Source of the DNA: Bacillales bacterium UBA7642
GTDB lineage: Bacteria; Bacillota_I; Bacilli_A; RFN20; CAG-288
Reading direction: 5' to 3'
Length of the DNA: 55,931 nucleotides
NCBI GenBank assembly: GCA_002483745.1
Contig: DLIM01000025.1
Coordinates: 1-55,931, forward strand
The notes below the pieces were generated by a model that saw nothing but the letters and a program-made list of their open reading frames with translations, did not search any database and was not told the origin of the DNA. Shown here piece after piece: positions 10,100 to 20,078 of the stretch. Every line of letters starts with the position of its first letter. Within the stretch, counting starts at the first letter, position 1. A program made the position numbers and the translations under genes.

Positions 10100-10610
10100 G
10101 TTTAGGCTGAGAAGAAACTAAGACTTTGGTGATTTTATAAATATAGATGTTGTAGAAGGATTTTGAAAAATAGTGTGATTTTTGAATCTGATCATCTCTA
10201 AATTCATGTCTTCTGATCTTAGAGACATAGATTTTCTCACCGAAAATAACTAAATTTGACTTCTCAAAATAAGGAAACCCATCATCTAAAAGCAGATTAA
10301 GACCTGATTCTTTGAATTTATCACGGTCATATCCAGACATTTTCCTGAACATTGCCGAATACTGATGCCCTTCTTCTTCCATACGACATAAGCAGCATCT
10401 AGTCGAACGGTCAAGAAGCTTTCTGGTGTATCTTTCTTTTTTGATGAAAAGAGAAAACACTGGATAGTTGAACAAATAACCTAATTCTCCCCAGCTGACA
10501 GTCATCGCATTCTTTTTATCGCCTGCTTGGGAGACCAAAACCATATTATCCTGTGAAAACAGGGTAATGGGGTTCTCTTTGACAAACACTTCGCCACTGA
10601 TTTCTTTCAT
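10077..10610 (-). CDS. Flavin-reductase-like (FMN-binding split-barrel) protein, copy A
   Basis: NAMTVSWGELGY...SLFIKKERYTRKLL resembles flavin-reductase-domain proteins. The ATG at 10610 is preceded by AGGAG. The 3' end overlaps the fmt 3' end. Confidence 0.55.
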   Translation of the reverse strand: MKEISGEVFVKENPITLFSQDNMVLVSQAGDKKNAMTVSWGELGYLFNYPVFSLFIKKERYTRKLLDRSTRCCLCRMEEEGHQYSAMFRKMSGYDRDKFKESGLNLLLDDGFPYFEKSNLVIFGEKIYVSKIRRHEFRDDQIQKSHYFSKSFYNIYIYKITKVLVSSQPKPILKQPL

Positions 10611-10686
10611 AAATCCACTCCTTTGCAATTGTCTTAAAAATAAAACTAATTGCATATATAATAGAATTAGTCAGGTTCTAAATCAA

Positions 10687-11154
10687 ATGAATAAAACAAA
10701 CGTTATGCGTTTATTAGAAAGCCAAGGTATCCCCTATCAGCCTTTTGACTACACTAAATCCCATGCTGTCTCCGCTGATGAAGTAGCAAAAGCCCTTAAT
10801 GAAGACCCTTTAAAGGTTTTCAAAACCCTTGTCACTGTCGGAAAAAGCCGTGAGCATTATGTTTTTGTAGTTCCTTCTACTTCTGAGCTGGACTTAAAGA
10901 AGGCTGCTAAGGCCAGTGATGAAAAGAATATTGAAATGATTACTCAGAAAGAATTGCTTCCTCTTACCGGCTATATTCATGGTGGGTGTTCACCTATTGG
11001 CATGAAAAAGAAATTCCTAACCTTCGTAGACGAAAGCGCCTTGAAGTTCCCTAAGATCTATATTTCAGGTGGCCGGGTCGGGCTTCAAGTCCAAGTCAAT
11101 CCTCAAGACTTAGAGAAAATTACGGGATGTCAGTTTACTGATCTTTGCCTATAA
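10687..11154 (+). CDS. ybaK: YbaK/EbsC-type Cys-tRNA(Pro) deacylase, copy A
   Basis: 155 aa from the ATG at 10687. Contains the FKTLV lysine motif and GYIHGGCSPIG. Confidence 0.8.
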   Translation: MNKTNVMRLLESQGIPYQPFDYTKSHAVSADEVAKALNEDPLKVFKTLVTVGKSREHYVFVVPSTSELDLKKAAKASDEKNIEMITQKELLPLTGYIHGGCSPIGMKKKFLTFVDESALKFPKIYISGGRVGLQVQVNPQDLEKITGCQFTDLCL

Positions 11155-11167
11155 AAGGAGAGCAAAA

Positions 11168-12721
11168 ATGTATAAGCACCCAGATTGGTTGAAGACGGCA
11201 ATGTTCTATGAGATCTATCCTCAGACCTTCTTTGATAACAACAATGATGGAATCGGTGATCTTTATGGAGTGATTAGGAAGTTAGATTACATCAAAGATT
11301 TAGGATTCAATGCCATCTGGCTAAACCCAATTTTTGAATCACCTTTCTTTGATGCCGGTTATGATGTCACTGACTATAAGAAAGTTGCTAAAAGATATGG
11401 TAGCAACAAAGCTTTGACCTCGTTAGTCGAATTCGCCCATGAAAAGGGTATTAAAATCATCCTTGATTTAGTTCCGGGACATACCTCCATTTACCACAAA
11501 TGGTTCTTGGAATCACAGAAAGATGAAGTAAACCCGTATTCCAATCGCTACATTTGGACTAAAAATGTCTGGGACAGCCCTAAAGATCTCAATGTCATTA
11601 GGGGCTTCAGTCAACGTAACGCCGCCTGTATCACCAACTTTTTCTCTATTCAGCCGGCATTAAACTACGGTTTCAGCAAAATTGAGAATCCTGATTACGA
11701 AGAACCAATTTCAGGTAAAGGACCTCAGGGAACAATTGCCGCCATTATTGATGTCATCCGTTTCTGGCTAAAGCAAGGAGTCGATGGCTTTAGAGTCGAT
11801 ATGGCCGGCTGGCTAGTAAAAAGAGATCCTGATATGCAGGGAACAGTAGCAGTTTGGAAACAGATTTTTAGCACTGTCAAAGAAGAATTCCCTGAAGCTG
11901 CTTTCGTATCAGAATGGAATTCACCTAAAAACTCTTTAGCTTCTGGTTTTGACATGGATTTCCTTCTTCAAGATGAATTCAGCAAATACAATAGTTTACT
12001 GACTAGATCACATCATCCTTATTTCGGCTTTGACGACCAAGAAGGCGACAGCAGAAAGTATCTTGAATATTATCTTGATCTCTATAACTTTGCTAAAAGC
12101 CAAGGAAGCTATCTGTCTTTAATCAGTGGCAACCATGATACTTACCGCTTAGGAAAATACTTAAAGCCCGAAGAAGCCAAATTCTATTATGCCTTTATGT
12201 ATACGATGCCGAATGTTCCTTTCTTCTACTATGGCGATGAAATCGGTATGACTTATGAAGAAGGCTTAAAATCAGTAGAAGGCGGTTATCAAAGAACCGG
12301 TTCCCGAAGTCCGATGCAGTGGGATAGTTCCTATCAGGCTGGCTTTACTAAATCAGCAAACCCTTATATTAAAGTCAATCCCAATAAGAAAGACGTCAAT
12401 GCTGAATCCCAGCTGAGAGAAGAAGATTCTCTTCTCAATACTGTTAAAAAGCTCTTATCCTTGAGAAAAGATCATGTGGCTTTAAACAATGACGCTGATT
12501 TTAAGATTCTCTTTAACCAGGAAGGCAAAGAACCTTTGGCCTATCTAAGATCAAAAGCTAATGAAAATATCTTAGTAGCCTTTAACCCCGGAAAGGAAGA
12601 TAAGCAGATTCCCATTGAAAGAGAAAGTTTAAATACTCTCTATCAAATCGGGAATGTAAATCTAGCTAATCATCTTCTAGCCTTAGGAAAAGAAAGCTTA
12701 GCAATTATCCTAGTCAAATAA
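11168..12721 (+). CDS. Cytoplasmic GH13 alpha-glucosidase / oligo-1,6-glucosidase-like enzyme, copy A
   Basis: FYEIYPQTF..DGIGDL, DLVPGHTS, GVDGFRVDMAGW (nucleophile), FVSEW (acid/base) and GNHDTYR. No signal peptide. Confidence 0.88.
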   Translation: MYKHPDWLKTAMFYEIYPQTFFDNNNDGIGDLYGVIRKLDYIKDLGFNAIWLNPIFESPFFDAGYDVTDYKKVAKRYGSNKALTSLVEFAHEKGIKIILDLVPGHTSIYHKWFLESQKDEVNPYSNRYIWTKNVWDSPKDLNVIRGFSQRNAACITNFFSIQPALNYGFSKIENPDYEEPISGKGPQGTIAAIIDVIRFWLKQGVDGFRVDMAGWLVKRDPDMQGTVAVWKQIFSTVKEEFPEAAFVSEWNSPKNSLASGFDMDFLLQDEFSKYNSLLTRSHHPYFGFDDQEGDSRKYLEYYLDLYNFAKSQGSYLSLISGNHDTYRLGKYLKPEEAKFYYAFMYTMPNVPFFYYGDEIGMTYEEGLKSVEGGYQRTGSRSPMQWDSSYQAGFTKSANPYIKVNPNKKDVNAESQLREEDSLLNTVKKLLSLRKDHVALNNDADFKILFNQEGKEPLAYLRSKANENILVAFNPGKEDKQIPIERESLNTLYQIGNVNLANHLLALGKESLAIILVK

Positions 12722-12944
12722 GCAGGCACAAAAAATGGGTGAGCAAATAAAGCCCAATAGTAGAAAAAAATGCTATCAACATCAACGGGGTCGTAGCTAA
12801 AGGATTCATATAATGGGGAAATAGAAGTACAAAATAATAATACGGCCAATAATCCTAAGACAGCACTGACCATCAAAGAACCAATAATAAAATGTCGCTG
12901 AAAAAATAATATACCTTTTTTATAGGTGTAGATTTAACATCCAT
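12670..12944 (-). pseudogene. Possible frameshifted or truncated small membrane-protein gene running antisense into the GH13 3' end
   Basis: GGAAGG lies 7 nt upstream of the ATG at 12944. That frame stops after 23 codons, whereas adding one A to the A6 run (12916-12921) would join it to the 68-aa track ORF 12670-12876. The last ~17 codons are antisense to GH13 copy A. Confidence 0.3.
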
Positions 12945-13020
12945 GGATTAGCCTTCCTAATAAAACAACTTTTATATTATAGGTCTTCAAAAAGAAATAA
13001 AGAAGTGAATACTTTGTTTC

Positions 13021-13875
13021 TTATTTCAAGGCACTATATTTTAGTAAGCTGATAAGAGAAGAGGAGGTTTCATCTTTTGCCGGCATGTAAAAAACCAGGA
13101 TGACATAGACAATTGCCAATAATAAATAAGCTCCGGTGTAATACCAGTCAAAAACTTTGGCAGCTACGGGATGCTTTTCTTCGCTTTCATCATTGTTATA
13201 GAAAATTAAGAAAGGCAAGAGAACAAAAGCCCATTTCATATCTCCTATTTGCAATATAAGATTCGCATTCTCTAGGACTTGAGAAACAAAGGTTGTTAAA
13301 ATCCAATCAAGGATTGATAATCCAACCACGATTGATGAAATCAAGATGTTTTGAAAGCTTTGAGGGTATTCACTGATTTCTTTAGGAGTTTTACCAGCTT
13401 TAAGGTCGCTTTGTCTTAGAAAATAAAAGGTATAGATTAAAATCAGTCCTAAGAGTTCTTGAATAAAGCTTTGCCAGCTTAACAAAGCTTCCACTAAGTA
13501 GGGTATAGTAATAATATTGGCTTCACTTAAAGCTGAGAAAACGTAAGAAAGCAGAATATACAGCAAAGGAATGAATGAACAGGAACGGAATAATTTATGT
13601 TTTGCCGTTGTCGGTTTTTTAAAGACAGGCTCATGAAAAAGAAAGAAATAAAGAAAGATAAAAGCTGAAATGCTTAATAAGTAATTATCTGGAAACAGGC
13701 TTTTGGATAATGCACTAAGAATGTCTCCCCCGCCACCTAACTTTATTGACACTATATAAATAGCACTAGTAACGGCATAATAGATAAAACCTAGAATCAT
13801 ATAGTAGATGGCTAAAGTCCGAGAGGATTTATCACTCTTCAGCGTCATTATGAATGTCAATAAGAAAAGAATCAA
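13021..13875 (-). CDS. Polytopic membrane protein of unknown function (possibly the 3' part of a split gene)
   Basis: A 284-aa hydrophobic ORF with a TTG track start that overlaps the stop of ORF 13872-14072 as TTGA. Confidence 0.5.
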   Translation of the reverse strand: MILFLLTFIMTLKSDKSSRTLAIYYMILGFIYYAVTSAIYIVSIKLGGGGDILSALSKSLFPDNYLLSISAFIFLYFFLFHEPVFKKPTTAKHKLFRSCSFIPLLYILLSYVFSALSEANIITIPYLVEALLSWQSFIQELLGLILIYTFYFLRQSDLKAGKTPKEISEYPQSFQNILISSIVVGLSILDWILTTFVSQVLENANLILQIGDMKWAFVLLPFLIFYNNDESEEKHPVAAKVFDWYYTGAYLLLAIVYVILVFYMPAKDETSSSLISLLKYSALK

Positions 13876-14072
13876 AGAAAGATCACCGGATATAATAAAG
13901 GCTGAAAAAAGGTCGAAAATGCGCTAATATTTGTAAAATCAAAATACCCTAGAAAAACTAGATATACAAATAGAAAGGGAATGAAGTAAAGAGTTAATCC
14001 TAAATCACCGATTGCATCAAAAAAAAGATTGTTGCTAAAAGACTTACGACAAAGTTTTTCATAATGATTCAC
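13872..14072 (-). CDS. Small hydrophobic ORF, possibly the 5' part of the downstream membrane-protein gene
   Basis: 66 aa with two hydrophobic segments. It ends ...YPVIFL*, and the next ORF continues ILFLLTF one frame away. Confidence 0.35.
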   Translation of the reverse strand: MNHYEKLCRKSFSNNLFFDAIGDLGLTLYFIPFLFVYLVFLGYFDFTNISAFSTFFQPLLYPVIFL

Positions 14073-14102
14073 ATTAAGACTATATTCTCCTAACAGAGAA
14101 AA

Positions 14103-15527
14103 TTAAAACGAAGATATTGGGTTTGAAGAATCGCCTTTGCTAATTTCGCATCTCTCATCGAGCCTTTTCTTGAAAATCCTCGGAGTAAGAATGAAATAGA
14201 AAATGCTCGATACTATTCCTGAAGCCACATCGGCAATCAGTTCGGCATAGAAACAAGAAGAGGCGTCTTTAGTAAGGTAAGCTAACAGATACAAAGATGG
14301 AATGTAAAGAATCAGTTTACGGTTCAATGATAACCAAATTGAGTATTTAGCTTGACCCATTCCAGTCAAGCCATCAACAAAGACATACTGGAAAGACAAA
14401 GGAATGATGCCATACATATAGACTTGAATGAATTTGACAGAGGCATCCACAATTGAGGCACTGTCACCACCGGAATTGGAGAAGCCCACAAACATCTGAC
14501 TGAAAGGGCGACTGATTAAGAAAGAAAATCCAAAACAGACAGTTGTGAAACCTAAGGCAAACAAAGTTATCTGCTTTTCGGCTTTCTTAATCAGAGGAAT
14601 ATTCTTTGCCCCGTAGTTATATCCTAAGACCGGTTGAGTACCGGATGAAATGCCTAAAAGAGGACCTGTGACCAATGATTCAAAAGCCTGGACGATAGTG
14701 GCTACTTCAATAAAGTAATCTCCTTGATCCCCGCCGGTTTTCTCTAAGACACTGTTCAGAAGAATCAAGATCAGGGAATCACTGGCCGTGATGATGAAAG
14801 GTGAGAACCCAAGTTTCAATATCTGGAAAACAATCTTAAGAGAATAGCCCCCAAAGGACAAAGGAACGGTGGCTTTCTTTAGTAAAAAGAACAAAGCTAA
14901 GCCAAAAGACAGAAACTGGGAAATCACAGTAGCTATTGCTGCACCTTTAACACCTAGATTAAAGACAAAAATGAACAACGGGTCCAAGAAAATATTGAGG
15001 ATGCAGGCCGACAGAGTCGAAATCATGGCAAATAAAGAATAGCCTTGTGCCGAGAGGAATTGATTAAGACCAGTTGCAATAATGGAAAAGAAAGTGCCCA
15101 TCAGGAAAAAGGTCATATAGGTCTTGGCATAGGAAAAAGAAGTCTTGGAGGCACCAAAGGCATACAGCATTGGGTCAAGAGAGAGATAGAAAGTCAACAT
15201 GATCAAAGCTGAAACAACCAAAAGCATTAGGAAAGCGTTTGAAAGAATCTGTTTAGCTTTATGAGGATTCTTTTCCCCTAAGGCAATAGAAAACAAAGGT
15301 GCTCCGCCTAAACCAATCAAATAGCCAAAAGAAGAGATCAGAGTAGTAATTGGTGAGCAGACACCTAAGCCAATCAAAGAAATAGAGCCGACATCCGGTA
15401 TATTTCCGACATAGATTCGATCAACGATGTTATATAAAACATTGACAAGCTGAGCCAGCATGGCCGGCAAAGCCAGTTTCAGGATGGAATTCCAGGTCTT
15501 ATCACTGCCTAAATCAACGCTTTTCAT
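14103..15527 (-). CDS. MATE family efflux transporter
   Basis: 474 aa with 12 predicted TM segments. The N-terminal ILKLALPAMLAQLVNVLYNIVDRIYVG is typical of MATE/NorM-like proteins. Confidence 0.85.
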   Translation of the reverse strand: MKSVDLGSDKTWNSILKLALPAMLAQLVNVLYNIVDRIYVGNIPDVGSISLIGLGVCSPITTLISSFGYLIGLGGAPLFSIALGEKNPHKAKQILSNAFLMLLVVSALIMLTFYLSLDPMLYAFGASKTSFSYAKTYMTFFLMGTFFSIIATGLNQFLSAQGYSLFAMISTLSACILNIFLDPLFIFVFNLGVKGAAIATVISQFLSFGLALFFLLKKATVPLSFGGYSLKIVFQILKLGFSPFIITASDSLILILLNSVLEKTGGDQGDYFIEVATIVQAFESLVTGPLLGISSGTQPVLGYNYGAKNIPLIKKAEKQITLFALGFTTVCFGFSFLISRPFSQMFVGFSNSGGDSASIVDASVKFIQVYMYGIIPLSFQYVFVDGLTGMGQAKYSIWLSLNRKLILYIPSLYLLAYLTKDASSCFYAELIADVASGIVSSIFYFILTPRIFKKRLDERCEISKGDSSNPISSF

Positions 15528-15692
15528 TTTTAGTTTTTCTTTATCCGATTAATTCTACTCTTTATTAATAGCAAAGGAGGTTTTAAGCGGTTTTTTAAAG
15601 CACAACTTGATAATGAAATTGCGTTTTTTGATACATTTAATGAATTCGTTTGTATAATAGAGGCGAAATTTACAAAGGAGATTTCAAACTAC

Positions 15693-16997
15693 ATGAACAA
15701 ACAAGCAATTGTGAAGGTATTCGGTCGTCAGATCATCGATTCCCGCGGCAATCCGACAGTTGAAGCTGAAGTGACTTTAGCCGATGGCTCTTTTGGAAGA
15801 GCTTCATCCCCTTCTGGCGCTTCTACCGGCAGCCGTGAAGCTATCGAGTTACGTGATGGCGATAAGAAGATGTTCGGTGGCAAGGGTGTCTTAAAGGCTG
15901 TCAACAATATCAATACTGAGATCAGTAAGGCCGTCATCGGTCTTGATGCCACTAACACCGCTTTAGTTGATGAGACCATGATTAAGTTAGATGGAACTAA
16001 GAACAAGTCCCGTCTGGGCGCCAATGCTATTTTGGCTGTTTCCTTAGCCGCTGCTAAGGCTGCTGCCAATAGTTATGGTGAACCTTTATACAGATTCATC
16101 GGCGGAACAAGTGCCAATACTCTTCCGGTTCCGATGATGAACATCATGAACGGTGGTGCACACGCCTTCGATAATATCGATTCCCAGGAATTCCTTATTA
16201 TGCCAGTCGGTGCCACTTCCTTCAGTGAATGTCTCCGTTGGTGCACCGAAGTCTTCCATGCCTTACAGTCCATCTTAAAGAGCCGCAATTTATCTACTGG
16301 TGCCGGTGATGAAGGCGGTTTTGCTCCTAATACCGCTACTGGCGCTGATGAAGAAGTCTTGGATTTAATCATTGAAGGCATCAAGAAGGCCGGCTATGTT
16401 CCTGGAAAGGATTTCTTCCTTGCCATGGATGCCGCTGCCAGTGAATGGTTAGTCAAGGGCAAGGTCGGAATGTATCATCAGCCGAAGTCTGGCAAGGATT
16501 TCACTGCTGATGAACTCATCAAGCATTGGGAGAAGCTAGTCGACACTTATCCTATCATCTCCTTAGAAGATCCTTTAGCTGAAAATGACTGGGCAAACTG
16601 GGCAAAGCTTAATAAGGCTATTGGCCACAAGGTTCAGATTATCGGTGATGATCTCTTTGTCACCAACACTGAATATATCGCCCGTGGCATCAATGAGAAT
16701 GTTGCCAACTCTTCTTTGATCAAACTCAACCAGATCGGTACTTTGACTGAAACCATCAATGCTATCAAGATGGCTAAGAATGCTGGCTGGACCGCTGTTG
16801 TCTCTCACCGTTCCGGCGAGACTGAGGATACTTCCATTGCTGACTTAGTCGTCGCTTTGAATGCCGGTCAGATCAAGACTGGTGCTCCGAACAGAACTGA
16901 ACGTGTTGCTAAATACAATCAGCTTTTAAGAATCGAAGAACAGCTTGGCGACAATGCCGTCTATCCTGGTATCAACGCCTTCAGATTCAATAAGTAG
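15693..16997 (+). CDS. eno: Enolase (phosphopyruvate hydratase)
   Basis: Full-length, 434 aa. Contains [27 protein letters not shown] and [22 protein letters not shown]. An extended -10 (TGTATAAT, 15651-15658) lies upstream. Confidence 0.98.
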   Translation: MNKQAIVKVFGRQIIDSRGNPTVEAEVTLADGSFGRASSPSGASTGSREAIELRDGDKKMFGGKGVLKAVNNINTEISKAVIGLDATNTALVDETMIKLDGTKNKSRLGANAILAVSLAAAKAAANSYGEPLYRFIGGTSANTLPVPMMNIMNGGAHAFDNIDSQEFLIMPVGATSFSECLRWCTEVFHALQSILKSRNLSTGAGDEGGFAPNTATGADEEVLDLIIEGIKKAGYVPGKDFFLAMDAAASEWLVKGKVGMYHQPKSGKDFTADELIKHWEKLVDTYPIISLEDPLAENDWANWAKLNKAIGHKVQIIGDDLFVTNTEYIARGINENVANSSLIKLNQIGTLTETINAIKMAKNAGWTAVVSHRSGETEDTSIADLVVALNAGQIKTGAPNRTERVAKYNQLLRIEEQLGDNAVYPGINAFRFNK

Positions 16998-17016
16998 TTC
17001 TCCTTAAACTAATAAA

Positions 17017-17049
17017 GGTCAGTCGGCAATCTGTCGGCTGACCTTTTTT
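17017..17049 (+). terminator. Rho-independent terminator of eno
   Basis: GGTCAGTCGGCA / TGTCGGCTGACC hairpin (one G-U) followed by TTTTTTG. Confidence 0.7.
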
Positions 17050-17070
17050 GATGACAAATATTCAATTAAG

Positions 17071-17103
17071 AAAAAAGACCGCAACTTTAGGTTTGCGGTT
17101 TTG
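17071..17103 (-). terminator. Terminator (bidirectional shape) after small membrane protein gene (copy B)
   Basis: Stem ACCGCAA / TTGCGGT is flanked by AAAAAAG upstream and TTTT downstream. Confidence 0.55.
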
Positions 17104-17121
17104 GAAAACAGCTGTTAAATA

Positions 17122-17442
17122 TTACTTCCTGTCAGTATCGTCTTTCTTCTCTTCAGTCTTAGTGTCATCCTTCTTAGTCTCTTCCTTTAAAGGATCCTTA
17201 CTTCCAACCCATTCAGCGAAGGAGAAGACCTGACCCTTGGTGATGATGTAGATAAGGTTCATGATCCAGAAAACAAAGGGAATCGGAACAATGCCTAAGA
17301 GAATATCCATCAAAAGCAAAGTAGTGTTATTGGCAGTTACATCCTTAATGATGCGATAAATGACGAAAAGAATGTCCAAGAAAATAGCAAGAATAATCTT
17401 AACCGGCTTCGAAAGTTTGTCCATCCAATTACAGAATTCCAT
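17122..17442 (-). CDS. Small membrane protein (106 aa) with a charged K/D/E-rich tail, copy B
   Basis: Full-length paralogue of 7727-8047. Confidence 0.7.
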   Translation of the reverse strand: MEFCNWMDKLSKPVKIILAIFLDILFVIYRIIKDVTANNTTLLLMDILLGIVPIPFVFWIMNLIYIITKGQVFSFAEWVGSKDPLKEETKKDDTKTEEKKDDTDRK

Positions 17443-17507
17443 TTTATTTACCTCCTTTGTATGTAACCATATGTTATATTCTACACATCTTTAAAGATAA
17501 AATATAG

Positions 17508-18491
17508 CTATTTTTTACTCTTATCGCCTAAAGCATCTTCTTTTTCGTTTGTTTTGACAGGACGATTGTCTTGCCCAAAGTTGTCCTTAGTGTTTTTATC
17601 CGGGTCGATAAAGAATTTTTTCTTAAAATTATGAACGAATTGGCTTTCCTTCTTGGCATTCGATATGGTTGTTATTCCCTTCTGTATCGGAGAAGGAAGA
17701 GAAGCTAAGAAAGCTTTCTTTGACAGAGAAAGTTTATCCTTCTGCTCTTCACGCATCTTCTCATAACGGACTTCAATGCCGGATTTCTTAGCCCAGGAAG
17801 TTATTTTTCCGAAGATTCCTAAGGAATTGATGAAATCCAGTAGCATAACACCATAAATCACACCTAGGAAGAAAATGAAGATGACATTGGCAGTAGATGA
17901 TTTGCCATCGGCCGAAGGATTAAACATGAAGGCAAAACTGTTTTTGAAGCCTTCATAGACGAAAGGACTCAATCCATAGTAGTAAATAATGGCTACCACA
18001 AACCAGAGGACATCAAACATCGGGCAAACAATGCCTAAGATATTGCCTTTGATATTGGAATAGTCCCATAAACGGACTTTGAATCCCCGGACAAATATCA
18101 GACCGGCAATGAATTCCAGAAGTATCAAAGAGAATCCCATGATCAATATTGGGACTAAATCATAGACAGTGGCGCCGGAGACATAATTCAAAGAGAATAA
18201 ATCACCTAAAGGATTGTAAAACACCCAGCTTTTCGGTAAATAATAGACTAAAACCCAATCAAAGGTGAACATCAGCATTAAACCAAAACCATACAGAGGA
18301 AGCCAGGGCCCTTTCATGAAACCGGGGTTAACCCATTTCTTAGCCGTGAATATTCTTCGGAAAAGAACTTCAATTCCATAGCCTATCAAGTCACCAGTCA
18401 GAAACATGAATAGGTAAGCTAAAAACAATTGACTGCCATTAGCCATAATCGGAGCAGAATCACTTAACATCATTACTGAATTCATAGTCAA
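17508..18491 (-). CDS. Polytopic membrane protein, CmpB-like, copy B
   Basis: 327 aa with the same motifs as 8110-9093 (GYGIEVLFRRIF, NPGFMKGPWLPLYGFG, RLWDYS). Confidence 0.6.
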   Translation of the reverse strand: MTMNSVMMLSDSAPIMANGSQLFLAYLFMFLTGDLIGYGIEVLFRRIFTAKKWVNPGFMKGPWLPLYGFGLMLMFTFDWVLVYYLPKSWVFYNPLGDLFSLNYVSGATVYDLVPILIMGFSLILLEFIAGLIFVRGFKVRLWDYSNIKGNILGIVCPMFDVLWFVVAIIYYYGLSPFVYEGFKNSFAFMFNPSADGKSSTANVIFIFFLGVIYGVMLLDFINSLGIFGKITSWAKKSGIEVRYEKMREEQKDKLSLSKKAFLASLPSPIQKGITTISNAKKESQFVHNFKKKFFIDPDKNTKDNFGQDNRPVKTNEKEDALGDKSKK

Positions 18492-18566
18492 TCGCAGCCT
18501 CTTTTTTCTTTAATTATGATAGCATATTATTATCAGAATACGATGCATAAAGAAGGAGATAAAATT

Positions 18567-19499
18567 ATGGGAAAAGAAAAAATCGTTTTTTTGGGAACGC
18601 CGGAGATATCAGCCTATCTTTTAGAAGGCTTAGTCACTAACGGCTTCAATGTCGTTGGAGTCATCACCAAAGAAGATAAAGTCCGGGGAAGAAACAATCA
18701 GGTTGAAGAAAGCCCCGTTGCCCTTAAAGCTCACCAATTTAATATTCCGGTCTTCAAGCCTCACCGTCTCAACAAGGATTTTGCCTTTTTGCCTTCATTG
18801 GATTCTGATCTTCTACTGACTTTTGCCTATGGCCAATTGATTTCGGATGAGATTCTAGCCTTGCCTCATTTCAAGCCTCTTAATCTTCATGCTTCTTTAC
18901 TGCCTAAGTACCGAGGGGCTGCTCCTATTCAATATGCTTTACGTAACGGAGAAAAAGAAACCGGTGTCACTTTAATGGAAATGGTCCATGAAATGGATGC
19001 CGGAGACATCTATGGGGTTAGGAAATTGGCAATTGACCCAAAAGACAATTACACAAGCCTTGCCAATAAGTTAGCTGCCTTAGCCTTAGAAGTAGCTACA
19101 ACCTATCTTCCGCTTTTCTTCAAAGGTGAAATCAAACCAGTTAAACAAGATCCTAACTTAGTTTCCTTTTGCCCTAGCATCAAGAAAGAAGAAGAAAAGC
19201 TGAATTTAGCAGTTGATCCAATTACCTTTGTCAACCAGGTACGTTCTTTATCACTCACACCTGGCGGATATGTCTTGGCTAATGGTGAACAACTGAAAAT
19301 TTATGAGGCTGAAGCCTTAAACGACAGTGTCACGGCACCGGTAGGTACTATTATTGAAGCCCATAAGAAAAACCTGGTCATCCAATTAGGAAAAGGCCAG
19401 GCAAAGATTCTAACTTTACAGCGTCCAGGCAAGAAGATGATGAGTGCCGCCGACTTCAACAACGGGGTCAGAGACTTTTCAAAGGTAGTGCTGGATTAA
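18567..19499 (+). CDS. fmt: Methionyl-tRNA formyltransferase, copy B
   Basis: The ATG at 18567 follows GAAGGAG. Carries the same catalytic motifs, LNLHASLLPKYRGAAPIQ and MDAGDIY. Confidence 0.93.
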   Translation: MGKEKIVFLGTPEISAYLLEGLVTNGFNVVGVITKEDKVRGRNNQVEESPVALKAHQFNIPVFKPHRLNKDFAFLPSLDSDLLLTFAYGQLISDEILALPHFKPLNLHASLLPKYRGAAPIQYALRNGEKETGVTLMEMVHEMDAGDIYGVRKLAIDPKDNYTSLANKLAALALEVATTYLPLFFKGEIKPVKQDPNLVSFCPSIKKEEEKLNLAVDPITFVNQVRSLSLTPGGYVLANGEQLKIYEAEALNDSVTAPVGTIIEAHKKNLVIQLGKGQAKILTLQRPGKKMMSAADFNNGVRDFSKVVLD

Positions 19500-20007
19500 T
19501 TCTGGCATCGCTAGTCAGGACTTTTGTAATCTTGTAAATATAGATGTAGTAAAGGGAATTCTCAAATTTGTGGGTCTGTTTGATTTGTTTATCCGCTAAG
19601 TCGCCACGATGAATCTTCGAGACATAGACTTTCTCACCGAAAATGACAAGATTGGATTTCTCGAAATACGGGAACCCGTCATCACTTAATACCTTCAGTC
19701 CCGATTCAGCAAACTTATCATGATCATAGCCAGACATCTTCCTGAACATGGCTGAATACTGATGTCCGACTTCATCCATCCTGCAAAGCACGGACCGCGT
19801 AGACTTATCAAGAAGCTTGCGTGAATATCTTTCTTTTTTGATGAATAAAGTGTAAACCGAATAATTAAAAAGATATCCAAACTCACCCCAAGAGACGGTC
19901 ATGGCATTCTTCTTGCCTTCAGCACTCGAAATCAAAACCATATTGTCCTGGGAAAATAAAGTAATTGGATTTTCCTTAACGAACACTTCACCGCTGATTG
20001 TTCTCAT
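19468..20007 (-). CDS. Flavin-reductase-like (FMN-binding split-barrel) protein, copy B
   Basis: 179-aa paralogue of 10077-10610 with GGAGAGGA upstream. Its 3' end overlaps fmt copy B by 32 nt. Confidence 0.55.
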   Translation of the reverse strand: MRTISGEVFVKENPITLFSQDNMVLISSAEGKKNAMTVSWGEFGYLFNYSVYTLFIKKERYSRKLLDKSTRSVLCRMDEVGHQYSAMFRKMSGYDHDKFAESGLKVLSDDGFPYFEKSNLVIFGEKVYVSKIHRGDLADKQIKQTHKFENSLYYIYIYKITKVLTSDARINPALPLKSL

Positions 20008-20078
20008 AATTCCTCTCCTCTAGTTTTCTAAAAGCTTCAGATTGATTATATAATATATTCATAGAGGTCCGAAACCAA

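Larger units (their letters stand above)
7677..12721 (+). repeat. Copy A of a diverged ~5-kb six-gene segmental duplication
   Basis: Gene order, orientations and ORF lengths match 17071-22116. The offset between equivalent boundaries is nearly constant at 9391-9400 nt. Confidence 0.9.

Noticed and set aside
11725-11955. Antisense ORFs inside both GH13 genes (11725-11955, 20908-21171, 21159-21407)
   Set aside because: They occur at equivalent positions in both copies only because the sense genes are paralogous. They lack an RBS and overlap conserved catalytic-motif coding sequence.
15728-16808. Three antisense ORFs (113, 103 and 77 aa) inside eno
   Set aside because: They are shadow ORFs on the opposite strand of a highly conserved enolase gene, and their Ala/Pro/Ser-rich translations are typical of antisense frames.
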